Shown: in pieces, positions 20,000 through 31,068 of the stretch
Position numbering within the stretch: position 1 is the first letter of the stretch
Layout: every line of letters begins with the position of its first letter
IMG/VR virus record: IMGVR_UViG_3300021964_000021
Location: 1 to 64,000 of that record
Length of the DNA: 64,000 nt
Direction: 5' to 3' (one strand)
DNA from: a virus
Translations under genes and position numbers: made by a program
The notes under the pieces: model-generated
Databases searched by the model: none
The model's input: the letters and a program-made list of their open reading frames with translations, nothing else
What the model was told of the DNA's origin: nothing

Positions 20000-22900
20000 A
20001 TGGCGTTATTCCAGTATGAGGGAATAGGTAGCCTGCGTTCTTTGGGTAATCGTTTTACGACCCAGAGAGCGGTCTATTCGTATAGCCAATTTTCTATCCT
20101 CAATTATGAGGAACTTAGTTATGGTAGTATTACCGATGCGGTAGTAGAAGCAGAAGACTACGGTGAGATCACTGCTTCCATCGAGCAATACTATCAGATA
20201 CAAGACTTTGGAACTATCACGCTGGATACAACTGGCGTACCGATGGGTAAGATCGGTATCCACTTGTCAGCAGACGATACCACTACAAGGGTAAGTGTTG
20301 GTGGTGTCGAGTTCGCACTGTTCGGACGAGCAATAACAGAGGTATTCTTCAACCCAGTTGATAGGGTCTTCGACTTCCAAGGCGTTGCCGTTGACAGGAC
20401 TACCTCTTCCTGGTTGGGAAGAGGCGTCCTGCCTCCAGTCGAAGCGGAAGCTCTGGATGCGGTTGTTGCCATTCCACCTACATCCATCTTCCACCTTTCT
20501 ACAAAGGGTTCAGCGAAGACAGAAGTAATATTCAACAAGCAAGACAGAATTCTTGGTTTCGTCGGTGAAGCACAGGTACGTAGATCTTACCTGTATGACG
20601 AAGTAGATTCGATTGACTTTAGATCCGATGACTTCGGATTCCTCAATGAGACTGTATTGAGGAGCGAAGACTACGGAGACGTTAATTATATTCAAACGAT
20701 TACAGGTCATCCGTTCATTATTGAACCGAATGATCTTACAGATCCTTCATACCAGTCGGTATTCTTCTCCACTAAACTGGAGACTGGTGGAACTGGATCT
20801 GGAACTAGTGGTGGATTTAATATTGGTCCACACATATCATTTAGAGAGCGTCCACCCAGAGCGTTTGGCAGTGGATATAACCTTGAAAGATATTTTGAGT
20901 TTGAATCTGACACTAGACATCTTGATCTTGTATCTTTTGATGTTATCAAAGGTAGTGGTAGCAATGGTGGTGAGTCCCCAGACGATAGTTCGGAAGATTT
21001 AGTATTCCAGTATCTGAGTTCTAATGGAACTTGGCAGGAATTTGGAAGAGTCTCTTATGCCAATTCTTCCTTCAATACTTTAAAAACATATACAGCAACT
21101 CTACCTGCTCAGGCAAGAAATTACGGCCAGAGATTTAGAGTATACTGTGCTTTACCAGATTACATTTATAATCTTGGTCCAAGTGTTGTTGATCTTGTCT
21201 TAGACCACTGGGGTGTTAAGAATATTCAGTTCCAGGAACTAACCACAGGAACTGGACTCAGTGAAGATGACTTCGGTCTTATCAGTGTTGATATTACTAC
21301 CAAGGCAGCAACTGGCAGAATGCCATTCGGTGGTGGTGCAACAGAGAGCTTTGTCAAGGGTAATTACACAGGATCTGTTGGTAACAAGCAACCCAGACTG
21401 GTTGGTACTGCAATCGACTACACCATTCCTAAGCATCAAGGATTTGGTTGGATTAATATTGATGGTACGCCTCGCGTCCAAATCAGGATGCACTATAAGG
21501 CAGACGGTGGTTGGGACTTCTATCCCAATAGATTCCGTGGCGGTTCTCTCTTCGGATTTGCTGATGCTGCTGATGCAACAGCAGTTCTTAATGAAGGATC
21601 TGGAAAACTCTTTACTGTTAAGAGTACAACCACCTTCAAGGCAGTTCGTAGTGAAGTTGGTATTAGTGAGAAGGACATCCTGGTACAGGGTGGAGCAGAT
21701 TATGAAGTCATCTTCAATCAGGTTGATAGAGTCTTCTCCTTCAATAACGAAGAGATCAACAGAAGAGCATTTGCATACAACCTGTCTTCTGTTGTTAATG
21801 TTGAGTCTATTGATTATGGATTCATCACCGATACAATCACCGTTGCAGAAGATTATGGTGATGTAAGTTACGACGAGATCTACTATCCTTGGCAGAAGGA
21901 AGACTTCGGTACTCTTGCTCCTACTACAACAAGACTTCCCTTTGGACTTGGTAGACTTCACAGTTCTACTGAGACTCCAAGGGTTAGAAACTTTGTTGGT
22001 AATCAAGAGCACACTCATCTTAGACTTCTTGGTACTGGTAAGGTATACGTTCTGCCTAAGTTCACCTCTAAGGGTGACCTTGTTAAACTCAGAGGCGACA
22101 CAACCTTCAGCAGAGCAAGAGATTGGGTTGGCACTGGCAACCTGCCTACTCTATCTGGAGCAGCAGATGCAGTTGCATTCGTACCTGCTAAGGACGATAG
22201 AGCACTCTTCAACTTTGAAGGTGAACTTGTTGAGAAGTTCGGCAAGGGTAACTACGACGGAGTTGGAACGCTCTTTGGATTTGATACTAATACAGTATCC
22301 ATTATTCTCAGCACAGTTAATGATGGTCTCTTCTCCGTACATGGTGAAGTTGTAGAGAAATCTATATTCAGAGAAATTGGATCTGGATCTCTTGGTTCTG
22401 TCATTGGCGCAGCAGAGAGAGTTACCTTCCATTACAATCAAGAGTCTTCCTTCGGTGCATGTGAAGGTGATGATTATGGATTCATCAGGGAGTCTGTATA
22501 TAATGTCGAAGAATCTCCAGAACTGTCTGGATATCTCAGCGATCCTATCAGCTCTCTTGCTAATGAAGTTGTATCTGAGTTTGGAAGAGTACCAAACCAG
22601 ATCGATTATGGTTATGTAAATCAGTATTATCAATACAACCACGAGGATTACGGCACTCTCTTCCCAGATGATTGTCTTGAACCTCAAGGTCTGCAACTTG
22701 ACTTTGTTGGTACTGCACCAGAAGCATTCAGCAAAGGAAATTATGCTGGATCTGGTTCTATATTCTCCTTCACTGGAACTGCGGAAGCAGTTGCCTTTGT
22801 ACCTGGTAAGAATGATTCTCTGTTCACCTTTGAGGGTAATGCAGCAGAATCCACTACACCAACAACTGAGATTGGTAGTGGATCTCTCTTTAGTCTGGTT

Positions 22901-24643
22901 ACCTTTGAAGAGTCGGCAACATTCGTTCCTGCTCTTAGAATTGATAATATTGATCCACTGTTTGAGATCGGAGGTGGTCTCCGTATCAGTGCAGTCAATG
23001 AGCAAGAATCCGAACTCAAGTTTACTGCTGCATGGGCAGCAAGTGGTTCTCTCTTTGGTTTTGTTGGGTCTGGAGAGGCAACTGGACAAGAAGAGTTTGG
23101 AAGTGGCACCATCTTCATTCGCGATTCTGGTCTCAGAATCGAACCAGAATCCTTCACTCCATGGATTCCTGCTGGTCGCGGATCTATATTCTCGTTTGTC
23201 TCCTTCACAGAAGCAGCAGCATTTGTACCTGCGAAGAAGAATCCTCTCTTTGGATTCTCTGGTGCTGCTACCGACGTTCAGTTCAGCTTCGCATACGAAA
23301 CGATCCAGACCACTCATCTGCTTGTCAGAGGTACTCCCAAGATCTTCGTTCTGCCCAAGCATACTGGTGCTGGATCCTTCTTTGTTCGCTCTTCTGGTGT
23401 CAGAATCGAACCAGAATCCTTCACTCCATTCATTCCAGAAGGATCTGGAAAACTGTTTGGTGGAATTGGTGGTGCCGCAGAAGCAGTCGGTGCAAATCCA
23501 CCAGACGACTTTACTCTGTTCACATTTACAGGTCAGGTCGATACTCCTCTACTCACCTTCTCCGAGCAGAAGTTTGTTCAGGCAAGATTCCTCCCCGACG
23601 AGGCATTCACCACCTTCCAAGTCAGAGTTACCGAGACTGGTCTTCAACCTGTCGAAGTTCTTGGCGAACTGGACGAGTCCTTTACTCCTGCTCCAGAAGT
23701 TGGAACTGGAAGACTCTATGGATTTACTGGTGCAGCAGAAGCAGCAGTCTTCAATCCAATCGACAAGACTACTCTCTTCTCCTTCGAGGGCAATGCTGCA
23801 GAGAGAGAGACCAATGTCGAGATTGGATCTGGTTCCTTCTTCTCCTTCCAGTCTGCAACAGAAGTCACCGCAGTTGCAGAAGAGAAGCAAGCACTGTTCT
23901 CCTTCGCAGGAAATCTTCGCGAGAGTGTTGCTCCTGCACCACATGTTACAACTGGTGGACTCTTCGGATTCTCCAGCACCACCGAAGCAAAAGTCTTCGA
24001 TCTCCCAGAAAGAACCACACTCTTCAGTGTTACTGGCACTGCAATCGAGAGTGCATCTATTGCAGAAGAAGGAACTGCAACTCCTGGTCTGGATGTCAAT
24101 GGCAACCTGGTCGAGAGAGCAAGCTTCGCGCACGCGGGTACGGGTTCGATCTTTGGATTCTCCAGCACAACCGAAGCGAGAGTCATCGTTCCTCGTGGAC
24201 TCAGAAATCTCTTCACTGTCACTGGCAATTCTCCAGAGAGCGAGACCAATGTCGAGATTGGTTCTGGTACACTTACTGGATTTGTTGGTGGAGCAGAGAG
24301 CACATCCAACGTCGAGGTCAAGTTTACTCTCTTCACTATTGGTGGAGACACAATCGGAGGAGATGTCAAGTTCACCTCTGCCAATCTCGCAGTTGGTCAG
24401 GTTAGAATTGGTCTTAGCAACGATGGAATTCCTGGAGATATCTCCAGAGGTATCACGATCTTCAGACTCAGAACCTTCCCAGAAGGTGCGAAGGTTAGAT
24501 TTACTGGAACCAAAGCAGAATCCTTTACTCCAGCACCTCATATTAGTGAGGGTCTTGTCAATATTAACAGAGGAAATGAAGTTACCGAAGATCGCTACAT
24601 TGAATTTAAAGAACCTCAACCCACTAGAATTGTAGTTATCTAA
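20000..24643 (+). CDS. Large repetitive virion protein, 1547 aa
   Basis: Recurrent EDYG/DFG units and G(S/T)GSLF.F.G.AE repeats. Confidence 0.75.
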   Translation: MALFQYEGIGSLRSLGNRFTTQRAVYSYSQFSILNYEELSYGSITDAVVEAEDYGEITASIEQYYQIQDFGTITLDTTGVPMGKIGIHLSADDTTTRVSVGGVEFALFGRAITEVFFNPVDRVFDFQGVAVDRTTSSWLGRGVLPPVEAEALDAVVAIPPTSIFHLSTKGSAKTEVIFNKQDRILGFVGEAQVRRSYLYDEVDSIDFRSDDFGFLNETVLRSEDYGDVNYIQTITGHPFIIEPNDLTDPSYQSVFFSTKLETGGTGSGTSGGFNIGPHISFRERPPRAFGSGYNLERYFEFESDTRHLDLVSFDVIKGSGSNGGESPDDSSEDLVFQYLSSNGTWQEFGRVSYANSSFNTLKTYTATLPAQARNYGQRFRVYCALPDYIYNLGPSVVDLVLDHWGVKNIQFQELTTGTGLSEDDFGLISVDITTKAATGRMPFGGGATESFVKGNYTGSVGNKQPRLVGTAIDYTIPKHQGFGWINIDGTPRVQIRMHYKADGGWDFYPNRFRGGSLFGFADAADATAVLNEGSGKLFTVKSTTTFKAVRSEVGISEKDILVQGGADYEVIFNQVDRVFSFNNEEINRRAFAYNLSSVVNVESIDYGFITDTITVAEDYGDVSYDEIYYPWQKEDFGTLAPTTTRLPFGLGRLHSSTETPRVRNFVGNQEHTHLRLLGTGKVYVLPKFTSKGDLVKLRGDTTFSRARDWVGTGNLPTLSGAADAVAFVPAKDDRALFNFEGELVEKFGKGNYDGVGTLFGFDTNTVSIILSTVNDGLFSVHGEVVEKSIFREIGSGSLGSVIGAAERVTFHYNQESSFGACEGDDYGFIRESVYNVEESPELSGYLSDPISSLANEVVSEFGRVPNQIDYGYVNQYYQYNHEDYGTLFPDDCLEPQGLQLDFVGTAPEAFSKGNYAGSGSIFSFTGTAEAVAFVPGKNDSLFTFEGNAAESTTPTTEIGSGSLFSLVTFEESATFVPALRIDNIDPLFEIGGGLRISAVNEQESELKFTAAWAASGSLFGFVGSGEATGQEEFGSGTIFIRDSGLRIEPESFTPWIPAGRGSIFSFVSFTEAAAFVPAKKNPLFGFSGAATDVQFSFAYETIQTTHLLVRGTPKIFVLPKHTGAGSFFVRSSGVRIEPESFTPFIPEGSGKLFGGIGGAAEAVGANPPDDFTLFTFTGQVDTPLLTFSEQKFVQARFLPDEAFTTFQVRVTETGLQPVEVLGELDESFTPAPEVGTGRLYGFTGAAEAAVFNPIDKTTLFSFEGNAAERETNVEIGSGSFFSFQSATEVTAVAEEKQALFSFAGNLRESVAPAPHVTTGGLFGFSSTTEAKVFDLPERTTLFSVTGTAIESASIAEEGTATPGLDVNGNLVERASFAHAGTGSIFGFSSTTEARVIVPRGLRNLFTVTGNSPESETNVEIGSGTLTGFVGGAESTSNVEVKFTLFTIGGDTIGGDVKFTSANLAVGQVRIGLSNDGIPGDISRGITIFRLRTFPEGAKVRFTGTKAESFTPAPHISEGLVNINRGNEVTEDRYIEFKEPQPTRIVVI

Positions 24644-24680
24644 ACTGATAAATAAATATAACGCATTTTAGTGGACCTTA

Positions 24681-25139
24681 ATGGCTAATACCAAACGGGT
24701 ACAACTGCGTAAAGGGACGGAGTTGGAGCACTCTACATTTACTGGTGCTCTTGCTGAAGTAACTTTTGATACTGATAAAGGGACAATTAGAGTTCATGAT
24801 GGACTCACCTTGTCTGGGGTAGAGATCCAAAAATCTCGATTGACTGATTTAAATGGTTCTAATGATGGTGATACATTGAGAACCAATATGAAGTACTTTA
24901 GTGATACCTCGGCAGGTCCTTTTGCAGTGTATCTACCAACACTTCGATTTGTAGGAGATACTATTCATCTTGCAGATTCCAAATACCAATGGAACATAAA
25001 TAATCTTACAGTATATGCTCAAGGTGGAGACCAAATAAAAGACAGCACTGGGTTCATTGACACATTTTTAAACTGTGACGTTGCTGGTGGGTATGTCGAG
25101 CTTATTTGGGAAGGAACTTTCTGGAGGATGTTCTCATGA
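24681..25139 (+). CDS. Tail-associated structural protein
   Basis: VQLRKGT...GALAEVTFDTDK..VHDG fibre N-terminal motif; DTSAGPFAVYLP domain; TAAATA upstream. Confidence 0.65.
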   Translation: MANTKRVQLRKGTELEHSTFTGALAEVTFDTDKGTIRVHDGLTLSGVEIQKSRLTDLNGSNDGDTLRTNMKYFSDTSAGPFAVYLPTLRFVGDTIHLADSKYQWNINNLTVYAQGGDQIKDSTGFIDTFLNCDVAGGYVELIWEGTFWRMFS

Positions 25140-25492
25140 ACCTAAGTAGAATGGACGGTTCGATGAAACATGTTGTTCAATCGAATGACTTCATCGTACA
25201 TGCCCTGCGTAGAGACGCAGATGGTATGCTTCGTTACACAAAAGTGGGTTCTGGGAGCACCGAAATAGGAGACTTCCATAGAACTAATGGAACTCAATAT
25301 CCAGGGTTCCTTGATGGTGAAGATTATGTGGAAGAAACAACTGAGGATAAAACCTACAAGAACGATCCACATGATAAATATCAACAGTATAGATTTGATT
25401 TCAGAAATCTACATTATTTTATAGATAGTGATGGATACCTTGTCGCCCGTATTAACGGCACATATGATTATACAACCGAAGGACCTAAGTAA
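25136..25492 (+). CDS. Hypothetical structural-cluster protein
   Basis: ATGA overlap with previous gene; LHYFIDSDGYLVARIN. Confidence 0.6.
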   Translation: MNLSRMDGSMKHVVQSNDFIVHALRRDADGMLRYTKVGSGSTEIGDFHRTNGTQYPGFLDGEDYVEETTEDKTYKNDPHDKYQQYRFDFRNLHYFIDSDGYLVARINGTYDYTTEGPK

Positions 25493-25510
25493 GAAAGGAA
25501 TTAACTAACG

Positions 25511-28500
25511 ATGGCTGATTTTAGATTAGGAAGACTAAAATTCAATTGGAGAGGCGACTGGGCTCCTAGCACCGAATATGTCATTGATGATATCGTCAAG
25601 TTTGGTGCTAACACTTACGTCGTCACTACCAATCACACCTCCTCTGCGAGCGAAACAGACTGGTACGACACCGATGCTTCATATTGGAGTCTCCATGTTG
25701 AGGGTATCCGTAACGTAGGAACGTATACAGAAGGTACGTTCTACAAAGTTAACGATATTCTTAAGTATGGTAACACTCAATATCGTGTTACTGCGGGTAT
25801 TGGAACTACCGCAGGTCTCGTATTCCCAGGTATTGGAACGGATGGACCAGCAAACCCCAACGTTGTATCATATGTTGCTGGTTTTAATGGTGAAGGACCC
25901 TGGGATGCAGGAACAGTTTATGAGACTGGAGACGTTGTTCTCTACGCTGGTAACTCTTATGTCGCTATTCAGACCTCTGTACAGGGAGCAATTCCTCCAA
26001 CTGAACTTGATACTCAGTGGGAATTCCTCGCGCAAGGTCATAACGCTGTAGGTCTGAGCACCTATGAAGATGGCGTTACCTATTATAGAGGTGATTTGGT
26101 AACCGTTGGTGGTGATACCTATCAGGTAGATGCAACTTCTACTCAGTATGTACACCCAACTAAGGGTCTTACTGTTGGTATTGGATCTACCATTGTTGGT
26201 GTTGCTCTTACAGCATGGACAATTTATAATAGAGGTTTGAGATATGCTGGTACATACTCTACAGCAACTGAGTATTACAGAAATGATGTTGTTGAGTATG
26301 CATCCTCTTCCTACGTTGGTCTTGGAACTACTTCCTTCACCAATATTACTCCTGGAGCTGATCCTGATATTTGGGCAGCACTTGCGCTTGGTGACTCCAA
26401 TGCTCTGCTGACTCAACCTGGCGACGTTCTGATTAGAGACCAAACGGCACCTACAAGATTGGGTGTTGGAATGACATATCAGTCTCTTGGTATTGGAACA
26501 GACCTTGTTCCTACTTGGATGACCATCGGTGATTCTACTAGAATTTATCACGTTGACCCTGAGCTGGGTAAAGATACCTTTAATGGTAGCACCCCAGATA
26601 TGGCGTTCAGAACGCTGAAGGCAGCATGTGATAACGCAAGCGCGATTACAGATATTACTAACTTTGTTTATGATGAAGTAAGTGGTCTGTCTACAGTTAC
26701 AGCACCAAACCACGGTATTCTTTATCCAAATATCACCGTTAGACTGAGAGACATTGAGTTCTCTTGCCTCTCTGGTGGTAATACTTATGCGGTTAACGCA
26801 TTCCAGTATGATAATGCTGCTGGTATTGCAACCTGTACTGTTGGTGCAGCAATGACTGGTCTCCAAGTTGGAGATACAATTAGACTCGATAACCTTGAAT
26901 TCACCTGCCCAGGTGGTTCTGGTATCACAACAACCATCTTCCCTGATGGAACAAGACCTGATGGATTCAACTTCACCGTAAGTGCAATCAACGGTCCTCA
27001 GCAAATTGAGATGAATGTTGGTATCTCCACCATTCAGCACGTATACGTCTCTGGTGGTACGCTGTTTGTTGGTGTTGACACATCGTTCTTCCCAAGAAAC
27101 GTTCTGACTTCTTACTTCAACGTTATTGACGTTGTTGACAACAATACATTCACCATTAATGCTGGTGTATCGTCTATTACCCACACTTATGTACAGGGTG
27201 GACAAGTCCTGAACCTGTCTCCTGCTGTTATTAGACTGTCTTCTTCTGAATTTGTTGAGCAACTTCCACTTGTTGTTCCTCCATTCACTTCTGTTGTTGG
27301 TTCTACGCTGAGATCTTCTAAGATTAGACCTGCTGAAGGTTTGTCTTCTGACGGTGTAACTCCTAACAACCGTCAGATCATGTTCCAACTGTCTGACGCA
27401 ACAACGATTCAGGGTCTGAACGTTGATGGTATGGTTGGATTCGATTATGATGCAAATAGACCATATGAGCTTGAGGCAACTACCATTAGAACAGGTGTTG
27501 GTACAACTGCTTGTGGTATCTACTTCGCATATAATCCCCTCTCCCCAATTCTGAATAAGTCGCCTTACGTTAAGGACTGTACTGCGTTTGGTAATCCTCC
27601 AACTGATGGTACTACTGGTGGTGCTGGTGTTGGTGTATTCATCGACGGTAATGTCCATGATTCTGGATTCCGCACGATGGTCTTCGACGCCTTCACGAAC
27701 GTTCTGAGTGACGGTGCTGGATTCGTTCTTGATAATGATGCTGGTGCTGAGATCGTCTCCTCCTTCACCTACTACTGCCGCTGGGGTTACTATGCAGGTG
27801 GTGGTTCTAGAATTCGTGGTGTTGGTGGTAACAACTCTTACGGTGACTACGGCGTTATTGCATCTGGATTCTCTACTGCTGAGACTCCAAGAACTCTGAG
27901 ACTGTTTGGAGACAAGCTCGACACTGCAGTTGGTACTGTAAGTGGTACGATTGCAATCGGTAACACCATCACTGGTGGAACCTCTGGTGCTAAGGCAACC
28001 TTCATCAACGACCAAACTTCCTCTGACGCGATCTACTTCAAGTACTATCCTGGTTACGGTGATCCTAGCATTGGCGTTGGTCAAACCGTTGGTATTGGTA
28101 CTACCTCCTTCATTCCTGGCGAGTGGTTGAACTTCGTTGGATCTGGTACAACTGGTGCTATCCAAGTCTCCGCAGTCTCAGGATCTGTCGGTGGTCAGCA
28201 GGGCGTTCTGTTTGAACTTGATCTTGCTGATGGTGATAACTTACCTCTGGTTGGTGACGCGATTGGTATTAAGACCACTGGTATTGGTAGTGATTTGGTC
28301 AATGATCAAGCAAGATTCTACATTGTTAACAACGTAACTGGATTCCAAACTTCCTATACTCAGTATAGAGGTGACATTGGAGATTCTCCTGTTGTTTACT
28401 CTGGTCGCGTAACTGTTACTGTATCTCCTGAGAAGGGAATCAGAACACCTGATACACGTACTGGACTTGGTGCCACCAACAACCTTGATGGTGGCGGTGG

Positions 28501-29350
28501 TTCCATGGTCGAAGTTAGAACTAGATTCTCTAACGCACGTCTGACTGGTCACGACTTCCTCTCCATTGGCGTTGGTAACAAGGTTGAAACCAACTATCCA
28601 AACGTTAACGAGGCAAACGTACAGCAGGGTAATGAGACCAACAACTTTGGTCCTGGTAGAGTGTTCTTCGTCTCTACTGACCAAGGTGGTAACTTCAGAG
28701 TTGGTGACTTCTTCTCCGTTAACCAGTTGACTGGTGCTGCTACCCTGGACGCTTCCGCGTTCAACCTGTCTGGTCTGACAGAACTGAGACTGGGTTCACT
28801 GGGTGGTCAGATTGGTGAGGCGATCAACGAGTTCTCCTCTGATGAGACCATGAGTGGTAACTCTAACACCGCTTGCCCAACTGAATTCGCGGTTCGCGGA
28901 TTCGTAACACGCGGCAGAATGGGTGTTGAGGCAATGGTTCCACCTAAGGGAACCACAGCACAAAGACCCGTTGCTCCTATCCAAGGTGCTCTGAGATTCA
29001 ACACAGATCTGGGTGCATTTGAGGGATACAGTGGAACTGCTTGGGTGCCCATCGGAGGATTCCAGAACATCGATGTAAACACAACTTACACTGCAACTGC
29101 CTTCCAGACTCTCTGGTGTGATACAAATTCTGGTGGATTCACTGTTACTCTCCCCGCATCTCCTAACAAAGGTGATGTTGTTAGAATTCTTGACGTTGCT
29201 AAGTCATTTGACTCTAACAACTTGACAATTGCTAGAAATGGCAAGGTCATCATGGGTGACGCAGCGGATCTAACGGTAACAACTGAAGGTGCGGCATTCG
29301 ATCTGATCTTCTACAACGACACATACGGTTGGAGAATCTTCACCGTCTGA
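25511..29350 (+). CDS. Long tail fibre / virion protein with CBM-like N-terminal repeats
   Basis: W...T.Y..DDIV.YG...Y repeats; GTTAQRP...LRFNTD..FEGY; C-terminal DTNSGGFTVTLPASP domain. Confidence 0.75.
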   Translation: MADFRLGRLKFNWRGDWAPSTEYVIDDIVKFGANTYVVTTNHTSSASETDWYDTDASYWSLHVEGIRNVGTYTEGTFYKVNDILKYGNTQYRVTAGIGTTAGLVFPGIGTDGPANPNVVSYVAGFNGEGPWDAGTVYETGDVVLYAGNSYVAIQTSVQGAIPPTELDTQWEFLAQGHNAVGLSTYEDGVTYYRGDLVTVGGDTYQVDATSTQYVHPTKGLTVGIGSTIVGVALTAWTIYNRGLRYAGTYSTATEYYRNDVVEYASSSYVGLGTTSFTNITPGADPDIWAALALGDSNALLTQPGDVLIRDQTAPTRLGVGMTYQSLGIGTDLVPTWMTIGDSTRIYHVDPELGKDTFNGSTPDMAFRTLKAACDNASAITDITNFVYDEVSGLSTVTAPNHGILYPNITVRLRDIEFSCLSGGNTYAVNAFQYDNAAGIATCTVGAAMTGLQVGDTIRLDNLEFTCPGGSGITTTIFPDGTRPDGFNFTVSAINGPQQIEMNVGISTIQHVYVSGGTLFVGVDTSFFPRNVLTSYFNVIDVVDNNTFTINAGVSSITHTYVQGGQVLNLSPAVIRLSSSEFVEQLPLVVPPFTSVVGSTLRSSKIRPAEGLSSDGVTPNNRQIMFQLSDATTIQGLNVDGMVGFDYDANRPYELEATTIRTGVGTTACGIYFAYNPLSPILNKSPYVKDCTAFGNPPTDGTTGGAGVGVFIDGNVHDSGFRTMVFDAFTNVLSDGAGFVLDNDAGAEIVSSFTYYCRWGYYAGGGSRIRGVGGNNSYGDYGVIASGFSTAETPRTLRLFGDKLDTAVGTVSGTIAIGNTITGGTSGAKATFINDQTSSDAIYFKYYPGYGDPSIGVGQTVGIGTTSFIPGEWLNFVGSGTTGAIQVSAVSGSVGGQQGVLFELDLADGDNLPLVGDAIGIKTTGIGSDLVNDQARFYIVNNVTGFQTSYTQYRGDIGDSPVVYSGRVTVTVSPEKGIRTPDTRTGLGATNNLDGGGGSMVEVRTRFSNARLTGHDFLSIGVGNKVETNYPNVNEANVQQGNETNNFGPGRVFFVSTDQGGNFRVGDFFSVNQLTGAATLDASAFNLSGLTELRLGSLGGQIGEAINEFSSDETMSGNSNTACPTEFAVRGFVTRGRMGVEAMVPPKGTTAQRPVAPIQGALRFNTDLGAFEGYSGTAWVPIGGFQNIDVNTTYTATAFQTLWCDTNSGGFTVTLPASPNKGDVVRILDVAKSFDSNNLTIARNGKVIMGDAADLTVTTEGAAFDLIFYNDTYGWRIFTV

Positions 29351-29362
29351 TGTATAGGATAC

Positions 29363-29392
29363 GGGGGGACTTTGAGTTCCCCCTCTTCTTTA
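29363..29392 (+). terminator. Probable terminator
   Basis: GGGGGGAC-TTTGA-GTTCCCCC followed by T-rich tract. Confidence 0.6.
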
Positions 29393-29405
29393 TTATGTGT
29401 GTTTA

Positions 29406-29413
29406 TATAAATA
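29406..29413 (+). promoter_or_regulatory. T4-type late promoter
   Basis: TATAAATA before the Cys-rich triplet. Confidence 0.8.
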
Positions 29414-29437
29414 ATAAAACGAGGATTAATGTAAAAA

Positions 29438-30223
29438 ATGGCATCCTACGGAAGTTACAAAAAGATTATCTCTGGGCAGATTAAAGACGGTACTGTTCCT
29501 AATTTAGCTTTAGCAGATGGTGCTGGTCTAGCATATTCTGTAAAGTGGATTTATGGACAACCTCAAGTGTGCTCACCTGGTTGTTGCTGTCTCTGGACAG
29601 TTCCAACTGGTGTAAAGAGAGTCACATTTGAAATTTGGGGATCTGGTGGTAATGGTCACGGATTCTGCTCTTGTAACCGCTGCCATCACTTCAAAGGTGC
29701 TGCTGGTGGTTACTACAACAGTAAAACCATTGATGTCCAAGGTGGTTGGCAGTATACCGTTTGTGCTGCAGGTGTCTATCGTTGCTGCTCTAGAGAGTGT
29801 CAAGGATGCAGAGGATGTTCTTCTTATATAAATGGATGTAACTTGAGCAACTTCTGTGCCATTGGTGGTGAGCAGGGTATGTCCGAAACCAACTGGTCAA
29901 CTGCGTGTTACTCTTACTTCAGTTGCTGTGTAGCACCTGTCCAGAATGGTGGTGACTTTGGAATGGGCAACCACACTGGTGCTTGGAGTGGTGCTATTTT
30001 CTGCCACTGTAACTATCATTATACTTGCACAACAAATGCACCATTCCTTTCAGGTGGATCTGGATCTGGTGAAGCAATGGTGAACTGTTGGATCCGTTGT
30101 GGATGCTGGCATGTACCTTATGGTACTGGTGGACAGGGTGGTATGACTACCTACTGTGGTAGTGGTAATTGTGGACAAGGTGGCATGGGCGGCGGTGGCG
30201 TCGTCAAGATTACATACGTCTGA
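29438..30223 (+). CDS. Cys/Gly-rich protein, paralogue 1 (putative fibre-tip adhesin)
   Basis: 26 Cys in 261 aa; WTVPTGV..V.FEIWGSGG...GGGGVVKITY glycine-rich-domain signature. Confidence 0.75.
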   Translation: MASYGSYKKIISGQIKDGTVPNLALADGAGLAYSVKWIYGQPQVCSPGCCCLWTVPTGVKRVTFEIWGSGGNGHGFCSCNRCHHFKGAAGGYYNSKTIDVQGGWQYTVCAAGVYRCCSRECQGCRGCSSYINGCNLSNFCAIGGEQGMSETNWSTACYSYFSCCVAPVQNGGDFGMGNHTGAWSGAIFCHCNYHYTCTTNAPFLSGGSGSGEAMVNCWIRCGCWHVPYGTGGQGGMTTYCGSGNCGQGGMGGGGVVKITYV

Positions 30224-30240
30224 TAGGAGAATCAAAGCAA

Positions 30241-31038
30241 ATGGCTTCTTACGAAAGTTATAAAAAAATTAGTGCGGATGGTATCGTAGATGGTGCGGTA
30301 GAAGCGGCAGACTTTACAGTTGCTTTGAATCGGACTTATGGTGTTAAATGGTTTTATGGTACTCCTGCAGCGTTAACAAGTGGTTGTTGCTGTCTCTGGA
30401 CAGTTCCAACTGGCGTAAAGAAACTTCACATTGAAATGTGGGGTGCTGGTGGTAATGGAGCTGGATCTTGTAATTGTAATAGATGCCATCACTTCCGTGG
30501 TTCTCAGGGTGGATATTACAACTCTAAAATGATCAGTGTCACAGAAGGTTGGCAGTATACCGTTTGTGCTGCAGGTGTCTATCGCTGTTGCTCAAGAGAG
30601 TGTGTTGGTTGCGAAGGATGCTCTTCTTATGTTAATGGATGTAACTTGAGCAACTTCTGTGCTAGAGGTGGCGAGAATGGTTATGCAAACACCTCTTGGA
30701 ATACGTTATGTCACTCAGTCAATGACTGCTGCCTAGCACCAGGTAATAATGGTGGTGACTTTGGAATGGTAACAATGAGCCCAACATGGAGTGGTGCTGA
30801 ATTTGTTTATGATAGAGGATTCTGTCACTGCTACCCACAAGCAACAAACTCTTCTGGTGCAGCATTAATTGGTACAAATGTTCAGACATCTGTTAGAAGT
30901 TGCTGGAATAAGTGCGGATGCTGGTCTGCTCCATATGGTAATGGAGGACAAAATAGTATGACCAGCTACTGTGGTAGTGGTCACTGTGGACAAGGCGGAA
31001 CAGGTGGCAGTGGTCTTGTTAAGATCACATATTTCTGA
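30241..31038 (+). CDS. Cys/Gly-rich protein, paralogue 2
   Basis: Start revised to MASYESYKK (30241) by alignment to paralogues; AGGAG RBS. Confidence 0.75.
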   Translation: MASYESYKKISADGIVDGAVEAADFTVALNRTYGVKWFYGTPAALTSGCCCLWTVPTGVKKLHIEMWGAGGNGAGSCNCNRCHHFRGSQGGYYNSKMISVTEGWQYTVCAAGVYRCCSRECVGCEGCSSYVNGCNLSNFCARGGENGYANTSWNTLCHSVNDCCLAPGNNGGDFGMVTMSPTWSGAEFVYDRGFCHCYPQATNSSGAALIGTNVQTSVRSCWNKCGCWSAPYGNGGQNSMTSYCGSGHCGQGGTGGSGLVKITYF

Positions 31039-31068
31039 TACTAAATACTTCTATAGAGAGCATCAAAA

